Source: Deltaproteobacteria bacterium
GTDB taxonomy: Bacteria > Myxococcota_A > UBA9160 > SMWR01
Direction: 5' to 3'
DNA length: 64,000 nucleotides
Assembly (NCBI GenBank): GCA_032128375.1
Contig: JAQBGU010000232.1
Span: forward strand, 10,362 to 74,361
Positions 38,881 to 47,717 of the stretch are shown one piece after another (within the stretch, counting starts at the first letter, position 1; every line of letters starts with the position of its first letter). Both the position numbers and the translations under genes were made by a program. A model generated the notes under the pieces. The model saw only the letters and a list, made by a program, of their open reading frames with translations. It was not told the origin of the DNA and did no database searches.

Positions 38881-40305
38881 GTGCTGTCGAAACTGCCGTC
38901 GCAGGCGGGATTGCGGGTCGGAGCGAGCAGAGCGGCGAAAAGGACGCTGGTGCTTGTGGTCGCCTGGCTGCTGGGCTGTCGCGCCCAAGCGCCCGCTCCG
39001 ACGCCGTCGCTGTTGATTCTCGTCACAGTCGATACGCTGCGGGCGGACCGGCTCGGCGCCTACGGAAGCCGACTCGGTCTGACGCCTCATCTGGATGCTC
39101 TGGCCCAGCAGAGTGTCGTGTTCACTTCCGCGTACGCGCCCGCGTCATTCACGGTCCCGTCCGTCAGCTCGCTGATGACCGGCCGCTACCCGGAAGAACT
39201 CGGGATCTGGAAGAACGAATCTGGCTTGCCCGCCTCTGTGGCAACGCTCGCCTCCTCGCTGCGCGATCGCGGTTGGCGAACATTGGCTGTCGTCAGCAAT
39301 TTCGTTCTGCGCAAGGCGTCGGGACTCGATGCCGGCTTCGACCGCTTCGACGATGCGCTCCCGCAATACGAGGTCGTGCGCAAATGGCCAGAGCGGGTCG
39401 GCAAAGATACGACCGATGCCGGGCTCGCAATGCTCGACGGCTGCGCGACCGGCATCGAGACGCGCTGTTTCCTGTGGGTACACTACCAAGATCCACACGG
39501 ACCGTATACGCCCGAACCAGAACGCCGTCGACGCTTCCTGGATGCGGAACGACAGCTTCCGGATGGCGGCCGCCTGCTGCCGGCGCAACCGGGATCTATC
39601 GGACTCGGGGGAATTCCGGCCTACCAATTTGTCAGCCGAGTACACGAAGTCGCGTTCTACCGCGCCGGCTACGACGCTGAGGTCAACGCGATGGACGAAC
39701 AGGTTGGGCGTCTTCTCGAGGGCATCGAAGAGCGCGGCCTGAGCGACCGAGCGGTGCTCGTGTTCGGAGCCGATCACGGTGAATCGCTCGGTGAGAGCGA
39801 CTACTGGTTCGCGCACGGCGAGCATTTGAGCGACGTGCTGGTGCGCGTGCCGCTGTTCTTCCGCGTTCCTGGAGAGTCCCCGCAGCGCCGCGACGATGTT
39901 GTTTCGTTGGTCGACCTCTATGGCACGCTCGTACGCATGCTTACGGGTTCGCCCGCAGAGTCGAACCCGCACGGCCGCGACCTGTTCGCTGATGGCGCGT
40001 CACAACAGGCGAGTGCTCCCTACATGGCGACACTCGGTGCATCGCGTGTCCGCCGCTACGGTCTGGTCGACGCTGGATTCAAATGGATCATCAGCGAAAT
40101 CGACGACGTTCCGGCAGGCAAGCTGTATCGACTCGGCGACGATGGGGCCGACCTCGCGGCGTCGAACCCGAAAATGGCTGCTCGGATGCAGGAGCGGTTG
40201 GTGGCGGTACGCGGCAAGCTCGATCGCAGTACAGCCGAGCGTCGGCCCGATCTCAGTGACGACGACCGCGAAAAGCTGCGCGCGTTGGGCTATATCGATG
40301 ATTGA
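38881..40305 (+). CDS. Sulfatase/alkaline-phosphatase superfamily protein, possible lipoprotein
   Basis: LLG-C lipobox-like; DTLRADRLG, ASFTVPS, HYQDPHGPY, ADHGE, LRALGYI. Confidence 0.88.
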   Translation: MLSKLPSQAGLRVGASRAAKRTLVLVVAWLLGCRAQAPAPTPSLLILVTVDTLRADRLGAYGSRLGLTPHLDALAQQSVVFTSAYAPASFTVPSVSSLMTGRYPEELGIWKNESGLPASVATLASSLRDRGWRTLAVVSNFVLRKASGLDAGFDRFDDALPQYEVVRKWPERVGKDTTDAGLAMLDGCATGIETRCFLWVHYQDPHGPYTPEPERRRRFLDAERQLPDGGRLLPAQPGSIGLGGIPAYQFVSRVHEVAFYRAGYDAEVNAMDEQVGRLLEGIEERGLSDRAVLVFGADHGESLGESDYWFAHGEHLSDVLVRVPLFFRVPGESPQRRDDVVSLVDLYGTLVRMLTGSPAESNPHGRDLFADGASQQASAPYMATLGASRVRRYGLVDAGFKWIISEIDDVPAGKLYRLGDDGADLAASNPKMAARMQERLVAVRGKLDRSTAERRPDLSDDDREKLRALGYIDD

Positions 40306-40311
40306 TTCGCC

Positions 40312-41157
40312 ATGACAGACTGTCGGGACAGCGTACGCGACTTCTGTCTGCGAATCCTCGAATCGGGTGATCTGTCGGTCAAGCTCGAAGCTCCACCGGC
40401 CTCGACCCGGGGGCGCGAAGACGCCGGAAGCATTCCCGCGATCGCGATCGATCGGCCTGCGCGAAGCGTGGGGCTCGAACTGGCGAGTGGTTCGAGGCCG
40501 CTGCCACGGCCCGGTTCACTGACCGAGCCGCTGGCGCGAGCCGAATGCCTGGCGCGCTTCGCGCATCACGAACTCATGGCTGTCGAATTGTTTGCCTGGG
40601 CGTTGTTGCGTTGGCCACAATTGCCCGGTGCCATGCGGGCGGGGTTTATCGCTGTGCTGGCGCAAGAACAGGTCCACTGCGCATTGTACGTCGAGCGGCT
40701 CGCGGACCACGGCTACGCGTTGTCGGACTTCGCGCTCTCTGACTACTTCTGGAAGCACACGCCGGTGATCGCCGCTTCACCTCATGGTCCGGCCGCGTTC
40801 CTGTGTGCAATGGGGCTGACGCTCGAACAAGCCAACCTCGACTTCACGCTGGTGTATCGAGACGGCTTCCGCGAAGCCGGTGACGAGCTATCGGCCAAAG
40901 TCTGCCAGTTGATCCACGATGAAGAAATCGAGCACGTGCGACTTGCGGCACATTGGCTGCGCGAACTCCGACCTGAACCGTCCAGTGATATCGATCGCTA
41001 TCGCCAGGCGGTGCCATTTCCGTTGTCGGCAGCGCGGGCGAAGGGGCGCAGATTCGATCGCGCCGCTCGCCGCCAGGCTGGGCTCAGTGACGAATTCATT
41101 GAATACGTCCGAACGGCACGGTCGTCTCAAGAACAACCGGGGCAGCTCGAGCGATGA
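40312..41157 (+). CDS. DUF455-like ferritin-like (diiron) protein
   Basis: FAHHELMAVE, QEQVH, LEQANLD, IHDEEIEHV. Confidence 0.82.
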   Translation: MTDCRDSVRDFCLRILESGDLSVKLEAPPASTRGREDAGSIPAIAIDRPARSVGLELASGSRPLPRPGSLTEPLARAECLARFAHHELMAVELFAWALLRWPQLPGAMRAGFIAVLAQEQVHCALYVERLADHGYALSDFALSDYFWKHTPVIAASPHGPAAFLCAMGLTLEQANLDFTLVYRDGFREAGDELSAKVCQLIHDEEIEHVRLAAHWLRELRPEPSSDIDRYRQAVPFPLSAARAKGRRFDRAARRQAGLSDEFIEYVRTARSSQEQPGQLER

Positions 41158-42458
41158 GTGGCAGCCTGTTGATTCCGAATATTGGCGCTGAAGAGAGCCT
41201 GGGACTCGAAGCGAGCGACCGCGAGGATGCGGCGCCGGATCTATACATACAGGCAGCAGAGTTCGCGGATCTCGCAGACCCGGTGCTGCAGACTGCTGCT
41301 CTTTGGCGTCTGCTGTTCGGTGCGGACGCGAGCTTTGCGGTGCCGCGCGAAGTCGGGGCGACCGACTTCTGGCCTGCTGAATTTGGTAAGCGGACCCGTG
41401 CCCCGGTGTTTAGCTGGCTCGATACGCCGGCCGCGGCTTGGTTGAACACGACGAAGGCCGAGCGGATCGCCCGGCGGAGCGGCCATGCACTGTTGGGAGC
41501 AACACCGGCGGTCGTCGAATTGGTACACGATAAAGCGTTCTCTCATCGCGTGGCAGTCGCTGAGGAGTTCTTGCCGGCTCAGCTCGACTCCCTCGTGGAG
41601 GTGCTCGAACCCGCAACGTTGCGAAACTCGGCAGGTGCGCGCAGCTGGATTGTAGACAGCGTCAATCGATGGCCTGATTGGACCGAACGTCGCTTCACGT
41701 TGAAGCCGCGTTTCGGGACCAGTGGTCGAGGCCGGGTTGCCGGGATTGGCGACCGCATCGCGGCGGGCGATGGCGGTTTTCGGCGGTTGGCGGATTGCGG
41801 TGGCGCGATGTTGGAACCTTGGCTTCGCCGGACGACCGATCTCTCGGCCCAGATGTGGATCGAACCCGATGGACAAATCGTGTTGCTCGGGACGACCGAG
41901 CTGGTTGTCGAGCCCTCGGGTTTGTACCGCGGCCACCGCGGAACGGTCGACAACAAGGGACGTGTCCATTCCGCGAGCCGCTACGACGAACCGCTGCGCG
42001 AAGCTGCTGTCGCCGTCGCTCGAGCGGCATTCGCGGTGGGCTACTGGGGGCCCTGTGGTGTCGACGCGTTCGCTTTCCACTCGGATGGTCGGGAGGTGTT
42101 CCGACCCATAGTCGAATTCAATGCGAGGTTCACACTGGGAACGCTGGTCGTCGGGTTGCTGCGACGGGCGCTTCCCCGCATTCGAATGACTCTCTGTGTC
42201 GATCCAGGTGGCCTGCGCTCCTTCTATTTCGGCCTCAGCGCGCCGGCCGCTGGCTGGTCGCAACCCAATCGCGGGTTGCTCGTGCCGCTTTCTTCAGGTG
42301 AAATATCTTACGGTCAAGCGTCTTCAAGGAAAGGTTCATCACGACACCCCAATGCACCAGCGGCTGGTTTCCACGTAGGACCGGGTCTTGTGCTGGGCAT
42401 GGACCGCGATGCGCTCGACGAACACCTGGCGCCCCGCTCGGACGCAGATCACACGTGA
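41154..42458 (+). CDS. ATP-grasp-like protein
   Basis: VHDK, TLKPRFGTSGRGR, EPWL, GPCGVDAF, VEFNARFT. ATGA overlap with the upstream gene. Confidence 0.72.
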   Translation: MSGSLLIPNIGAEESLGLEASDREDAAPDLYIQAAEFADLADPVLQTAALWRLLFGADASFAVPREVGATDFWPAEFGKRTRAPVFSWLDTPAAAWLNTTKAERIARRSGHALLGATPAVVELVHDKAFSHRVAVAEEFLPAQLDSLVEVLEPATLRNSAGARSWIVDSVNRWPDWTERRFTLKPRFGTSGRGRVAGIGDRIAAGDGGFRRLADCGGAMLEPWLRRTTDLSAQMWIEPDGQIVLLGTTELVVEPSGLYRGHRGTVDNKGRVHSASRYDEPLREAAVAVARAAFAVGYWGPCGVDAFAFHSDGREVFRPIVEFNARFTLGTLVVGLLRRALPRIRMTLCVDPGGLRSFYFGLSAPAAGWSQPNRGLLVPLSSGEISYGQASSRKGSSRHPNAPAAGFHVGPGLVLGMDRDALDEHLAPRSDADHT

Positions 42459-43420
42459 AGCCTCCGTTCGCCCCGTTTCTGACGATTGCGTTGTCGCTTT
42501 GCAGCATCGGGTGCACAGCGACGGTCGTCGACAAATCGGCTCGATCGCAAGATCCGGCCGTGATGTTCGACGAGCAGATGGAGCGGGCGGAGCGGTTTCA
42601 CAATCGCAATCTGATTCCCGCCGCCGATCGACACTACGCGGAGGCGATCAGAAGCGCGCAGGCCTTCGCGCCGGGCGATCCGCGTCGCTCGCGAGCTCAC
42701 GCACAGCGCGCGGAGTTGCGTCTCGCGATGGGCGATTACGCGGGGGCCGAAGCGGACTATCGGGCGATCGTCAAGGTCGAGCGCCTGAGAGCGGGTACCC
42801 GTGCGAGCCTCTATCTTTCGAATGCGCTCAACAACCTGGCAGTTTTTTTGATCGACCTGGATCGAATTCCAGAAGCGGTTCGGCTGCTTCGCGAAGCGTT
42901 GAACAACCGAATCGAGATCTACGGTGAGGACCACCCGGCGGTGGCCGTACTGCTTCAAAATTTCGCCGATTCGCAGCGCCGTGCCGGAAACTACCCAGAC
43001 GCCGAACAGCTCTTCATGCGTGCGCTCGCGATCTACGTGCATTCGGGCAAAAAGTTCCTTCGCGAGGCCGCCATTGCGCAAAACGGCCTGGCACGGGTCT
43101 TCGCAGAAACACATCGACCCGACGACGCCGAGCAGAACCACATATCCGCGATTCGTCTGTCGATCAAGGCAGGCGGCGAGAACAACCCAGACGTCGGTGT
43201 GTTCTCGCGTGATCTGGCAAATTTGTACACACAAGAGGGGCGTACCGATGAAGCTGAGGGGCTCTACAAGGGCTCGATCGCGATCTTACGCGACCAACTC
43301 GGCGAGCAGAGCCACCAGCTCAGCAAGACCTACCGCGACTACAGCAAGATGCTCGCGGCAGTCGGCCGCCGACGCGAATCGGCGAACTTCAGCGCACGAG
43401 CCGACGCGACTGGGTTCTGA
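42455..43420 (+). CDS. TPR lipoprotein (kinesin-light-chain-type repeats)
   Basis: SIG-C lipobox; LNNLA, GEDHP.VA, YxxALAI-type repeats. Confidence 0.85.
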   Translation: MKPPFAPFLTIALSLCSIGCTATVVDKSARSQDPAVMFDEQMERAERFHNRNLIPAADRHYAEAIRSAQAFAPGDPRRSRAHAQRAELRLAMGDYAGAEADYRAIVKVERLRAGTRASLYLSNALNNLAVFLIDLDRIPEAVRLLREALNNRIEIYGEDHPAVAVLLQNFADSQRRAGNYPDAEQLFMRALAIYVHSGKKFLREAAIAQNGLARVFAETHRPDDAEQNHISAIRLSIKAGGENNPDVGVFSRDLANLYTQEGRTDEAEGLYKGSIAILRDQLGEQSHQLSKTYRDYSKMLAAVGRRRESANFSARADATGF

Positions 43421-43444
43421 CGGATTCGGAGTCTCCTGGAAATC

Positions 43445-43672
43445 ATGTGGCTGATCTTCCTTCATGGACCACCCGGAGTCGGGAAACTGACAGTGGGCGG
43501 CAAGCGGAATTCAGTGGATAGCTACCGCGTGCTCCGCGCGGACGGGGCGTTCGATGTCCCGTTGCTCCCAGCAGATCTCGTGATCGATATCGGCAGCCGT
43601 TCGGCAAGGGAGGCGGCGCAAGAAGTTGTTGAGCAGCTTCAGGTCTCGGGTTCGGTAGACACACATTTGTGA
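43445..43672 (+). pseudogene. Internally deleted P-loop nucleotide kinase remnant
   Basis: MWLIFLHGPPGVGKLTVG (Walker A) joined to a kinase-type C-terminus (DLVID...A.EAAQEV); 75 aa is too short for the fold. Confidence 0.65.
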
Positions 43673-44775
43673 TATCGAGCGATCAGGCGCCGCCGACGAT
43701 GAGGCTCTACAAACTCGAGGCACTGCGCGGGTTCGCCGCGGTCTACGTGGTGTGCCACCACTCGCTGCCTGCTCACTTCACTCGATTCGGAATCGATTGG
43801 GGATACCTGATCCGCTTCGGCCAGGAAGCTGTGATCCTGTTCTTCTTGATCTCCGGTTTCGTGATCCACTACTCGCAACAGCACGCCTCGGATCCCTCGT
43901 TTCGCAGCTATTTCCTCAAGCGGTTCACGCGGATCTATATCCCGCTCGTGTTCGTGTTCCCGATGACGTACGGGTTCGTCAGTCTGCAAGCCGGGGCGCT
44001 TGTCGCTCCGGATTGGCCGACGTTGTTCGGAAACCTGCTGATGTTGCAGAACCTCGCAAACTGGGGGCAGCAGGTGATCGTCGATCCCTACATGTCGAAT
44101 AAGCCGCTCTGGTCCCTGACGTACGAATGGTGGTTCTACATGCTGTATTTTCCGCTGGTGTCGCGAATCGCCGATAGCGAGCGCCGCACGCGGATCGTAC
44201 TGCTCGGATCCGTGGTGGCCGCTGTCGGCTACCTGTTTTTTCCCAACATCGTGTTTCGCACGCTGATGTATCTCGGTTTGTGGTGGTGCGGCGTCGCGCT
44301 GGCAGAATTGTACCTCCGCCGCGCTCGCATCGATTTCGCGGCGATTCGATTGCCGTTGGCCACACTGCTCGTGATCGACTCGATTCTGGCTTGGAATTTC
44401 TGGTGGCGACTCGATCTCCTGCCGCCCGGAAGTCTCAGCAACTACCCTCTGATCGAGCTGCGGCATTTCGGGTTCGCGACGGTCGCGTTGATCGCGGCCG
44501 TCAGCTGGCAGCGGATCGGATGGATCGGGTTCGACACGGTCTTCAAGCCGTTTCTGATTTTCGCGCCGATCTCGTACGGGCTCTATGTCAGCCACTACCG
44601 GATCGTTCACCCAAGGTTCTACCTCGCCTTCATCGACAACCCGTACCTCGAATGGGCGGCTGCCATCGCGCTGCTGGTCGTCATTGCCAGCCTGGTGGAG
44701 CGCGTCGCGTATCCGCGGATGCGAAAATGGATTCTGCCGCCGCCGCGGCCGCGGGCCGATCGAGAACTCCTTTGA
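43669..44775 (+). CDS. Acyltransferase family 3 (OafA-like O-acyltransferase)
   Basis: LEALRGFAA.YVV.HH, FFLISGFVI, KRFTRIY, WSL.YEWWFY, SYGLYVSH. Start may be ATG 43699. Confidence 0.92.
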   Translation: MISSDQAPPTMRLYKLEALRGFAAVYVVCHHSLPAHFTRFGIDWGYLIRFGQEAVILFFLISGFVIHYSQQHASDPSFRSYFLKRFTRIYIPLVFVFPMTYGFVSLQAGALVAPDWPTLFGNLLMLQNLANWGQQVIVDPYMSNKPLWSLTYEWWFYMLYFPLVSRIADSERRTRIVLLGSVVAAVGYLFFPNIVFRTLMYLGLWWCGVALAELYLRRARIDFAAIRLPLATLLVIDSILAWNFWWRLDLLPPGSLSNYPLIELRHFGFATVALIAAVSWQRIGWIGFDTVFKPFLIFAPISYGLYVSHYRIVHPRFYLAFIDNPYLEWAAAIALLVVIASLVERVAYPRMRKWILPPPRPRADRELL

Positions 44776-44831
44776 CATCGATCCACCGAACAGCTCACAA
44801 TGGGAGGCCGCTGACTGCCACGGAGGATCAC

Positions 44832-47597
44832 ATGTTGCATCTCATCGCCCGTTACGCGGTCCGCCCCTTCCTCGGAACGCTCGCGGCGTTGGCGGTGCTA
44901 CTTTCCGGGAGTCCGGCGCACGCCGTTTACGAAAATTTCGAGGCGGGGCACGTGCGTCCCCTCGCATTGTCGCCCGACGGCAGCCAACTCTTCGCGGTCA
45001 ACACCCCCGACAACCAGCTGTCGATCTTCGCGGTTACTGCACAGGGGATGGATCTCGTGGGCGAGGTACCGGTCGGGCTGAGACCCGTCGCAGTCGCCGT
45101 CGTCGACCTGGGTGGCGGGGCCCTCGAGGTATGGGTCGTGAACCACCTCTCGGACAGCGTGAGCATCGTCGCGGTCGACGGCGTCGACCCCTCGAACAGC
45201 CGCGTCCGCAAGACGCTCCTGGTCGGCGACGAGCCGCGTGACATCGTGTTGGGTGGTGCAGGCTTTGCGTTCATCACGACGGCGCGCCGCGGCCAGCACG
45301 ATACCGTACCGGCCGCCAACCTCTCGACCGCTGGTACGCCGCGCGCGCTCGTCTGGGTCTTCGACACCGGAAATACAGGCGCCGGTATCGGCGGCACGCC
45401 CGTCAACGTGATCGAACTGTTCACGGATACGCCTCGAGGGCTGGCGGTCAGCGCCAATGGAAACACCGTGTACGCCGCGGGTTTTCGCTCCGGAAATCAG
45501 ACGACTGTGATCAACGAAAACGATATCACTTCGGGCGGGGGCGTCCCGGCCTTTCCGCCCGGCTCGACGGCGGGCGCACCCGAGACGAGCCTGATCGTGA
45601 AGTTCAACGGAGTGAATTGGGTCGATGAAGCGAACACGATCTGGAGCTCGGACATCCCCTTCTCACTGCCGGATCGCGACGTCTTCCTGATCGACGCAAC
45701 GCTGAACCCACCGGCACTGGCCGGGGGGACCAACAGTATCTCCGGGGTCGGCACGACGTTGTTCAACCTCGCCGTCCGACCCGACAACGGCAAGCTCTAT
45801 GTCACGAACATGGAGATGCGCAATCAGGTCCGCTTCGAAAACCTCGTTGGCCTCGACGTCGGACTACAAGCCCACATCGCCGAGACGCGCATCACGGTGA
45901 TCGACGGGACGGTCACGCCGCCCGACCCGATTCACTTGAATGCGCATGTCGACTACACGGTCGCAACAGGCTCGCAGCTGGAGCGTGACCAGAGCCTCTC
46001 GATGCCGCTCGACCTCGTGTTCAACAGCGCCGGCACGCAGCTGTACGTCGCCGCCTTCGGCTCCGCGAAGGTCGCAGTGCTCGACACGGCGGCGCTCGAG
46101 GGCGGCACGATCAGCCCCGACCGAATCGATGTAGCGGGTGGACCCAGCGGGCTCGCGCTCGACGAGGTTCGCGATCGGCTCTACGTGATGAGCCGCTTCG
46201 ACAACCGCGTTACGATCATCGGGGGCCCCGCGAACCCGGCCGGCCGCGCGCAGTTGGCGACCATCGACCTGCACACCCCGGAGCCACCCGAGGTCCTGGC
46301 AGGGCGCCGATTCCTCTACGACGCGAACTTCAGCTCGGGCCACGGCGATGCCGCCTGCGGGACCTGTCACCTGTTCGGCGACATGGACAAGCTCGCCTGG
46401 GATCTCGGCAACCCGTTCGGCACGATCGAGCCGAACCCAAACTCGGACATCTTGATGGCGTTGTTCGGGTTCGGCGGAGGCTTGTCTGATTTTCACCCGC
46501 TCAAGGGCCCCATGACGACCCAGAGCTTGCGCAGCCTGTCAGGCCAGGGCCCGCTGCATTGGCGCGGCGATATGACGAACGCGGTAGACGAATTCGACGA
46601 CGTCACGAACTTCTCGGGCTTCAGCGGAGCCTTTGTCCACCTGCTCGGCCGAGCGACCGAACCCAGCCCGGCGGATTTTTCGGCCTTCACTGACTTTGTG
46701 CTGACGCTCGAGTACCCACCGAACCCGATCAAGAACCTGACCGACGTGGGGAGCGCCTCCGAAGTGGCCGGCGAAGTGGCCTTCGTGAGCGCGCCAACGG
46801 GCGGAGGGGTCATCGCCTGCGCACCCTGTCACTCGCTGCCAACGGGGACCAATGGATTCACGCTCGACTCGACCTTCGTTGACGTGGGAAACCAGGGTAT
46901 GAAGATCCCCCACCTGCGCAACATGTACGACAAGGTCGGGGCCTACAACGCCGTCGGCGACCAGGTGAGCGGCTTCGGGTTCCTGCACGACGGCAGCGAC
47001 TACAGCATGTTCGAGTTTCTCAGCATCGCCGCGTTCCAGTTCAGCGGAACCGAGAAGACGGATATCGAGAACTTCCAGATGACGGTCGACACCGGCTTCA
47101 AACCGATCGTCGGTCAGCAGGTATCCGCCGATGATGGCAACTTCACGGACGCCGCGGTCATCGATCGCATCAACCTCATGGTCGCCCAGGCGGATCTCGG
47201 AAACGCGGACCTCGTCGTGAAGGGAATCGTCGGCGGCGAGCCGCGTGGGCTCGTCTATTTGGGTGGCGGCCAGTTTCAACAAGATCGCGCGGGCGACCCG
47301 AATCTCACTACACTGCAGGTTCGCAGCAACGCAGCCGCGGCCGGGCAGGAGCACGCATTCACGGCGGTGCCGGTCGGAACCGGCACGCGGATCGGTGTCA
47401 ACCGCGATGAGGACGCTTTGCTCGATGGTGATGACAATTGTCCAGGTTTTCCGAACAACGACCAGGCCGACTTCGATGTCGATGGGCTCGGTGACCCTTG
47501 CGACCCGACTCCCCTTCCCGAGCCGGGCGCGGTGTTGGTTCTACTCGCCGGCATCTGCGCGCTGAGCGGGATGGGACGCTATCGCGACAGTGGCTGA
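44832..47597 (+). CDS. PEP-CTERM protein with YVTN-type beta-propeller, diheme cytochrome c domain and TSP3-like Ca-binding repeat
   Basis: ATG 44832 after GGAGGA; signal peptide; propeller blades; CGTCH and CAPCH; DGDDNCP...DQAD.D.DG.GD.CD; LPEP-TM-RYR. Confidence 0.85.
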   Translation: MLHLIARYAVRPFLGTLAALAVLLSGSPAHAVYENFEAGHVRPLALSPDGSQLFAVNTPDNQLSIFAVTAQGMDLVGEVPVGLRPVAVAVVDLGGGALEVWVVNHLSDSVSIVAVDGVDPSNSRVRKTLLVGDEPRDIVLGGAGFAFITTARRGQHDTVPAANLSTAGTPRALVWVFDTGNTGAGIGGTPVNVIELFTDTPRGLAVSANGNTVYAAGFRSGNQTTVINENDITSGGGVPAFPPGSTAGAPETSLIVKFNGVNWVDEANTIWSSDIPFSLPDRDVFLIDATLNPPALAGGTNSISGVGTTLFNLAVRPDNGKLYVTNMEMRNQVRFENLVGLDVGLQAHIAETRITVIDGTVTPPDPIHLNAHVDYTVATGSQLERDQSLSMPLDLVFNSAGTQLYVAAFGSAKVAVLDTAALEGGTISPDRIDVAGGPSGLALDEVRDRLYVMSRFDNRVTIIGGPANPAGRAQLATIDLHTPEPPEVLAGRRFLYDANFSSGHGDAACGTCHLFGDMDKLAWDLGNPFGTIEPNPNSDILMALFGFGGGLSDFHPLKGPMTTQSLRSLSGQGPLHWRGDMTNAVDEFDDVTNFSGFSGAFVHLLGRATEPSPADFSAFTDFVLTLEYPPNPIKNLTDVGSASEVAGEVAFVSAPTGGGVIACAPCHSLPTGTNGFTLDSTFVDVGNQGMKIPHLRNMYDKVGAYNAVGDQVSGFGFLHDGSDYSMFEFLSIAAFQFSGTEKTDIENFQMTVDTGFKPIVGQQVSADDGNFTDAAVIDRINLMVAQADLGNADLVVKGIVGGEPRGLVYLGGGQFQQDRAGDPNLTTLQVRSNAAAAGQEHAFTAVPVGTGTRIGVNRDEDALLDGDDNCPGFPNNDQADFDVDGLGDPCDPTPLPEPGAVLVLLAGICALSGMGRYRDSG

Positions 47598-47717
47598 ATC
47601 GACTCGAAGTCTCTGGCGAACGCGCGGCTGTGAATCCAGCCGCCAGCAATGCGTGCGGGGGTCGACGATGCCACGATCCGCTACAGATCGTCGAGCGCCG
47701 ACTGAGCTGCAGCTCCA

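Noticed and set aside
44280..44831. N-terminal extension making a 1105-aa protein
   Set aside because: Overlaps the acyltransferase in another frame. RBS and signal peptide support the 44832 start.
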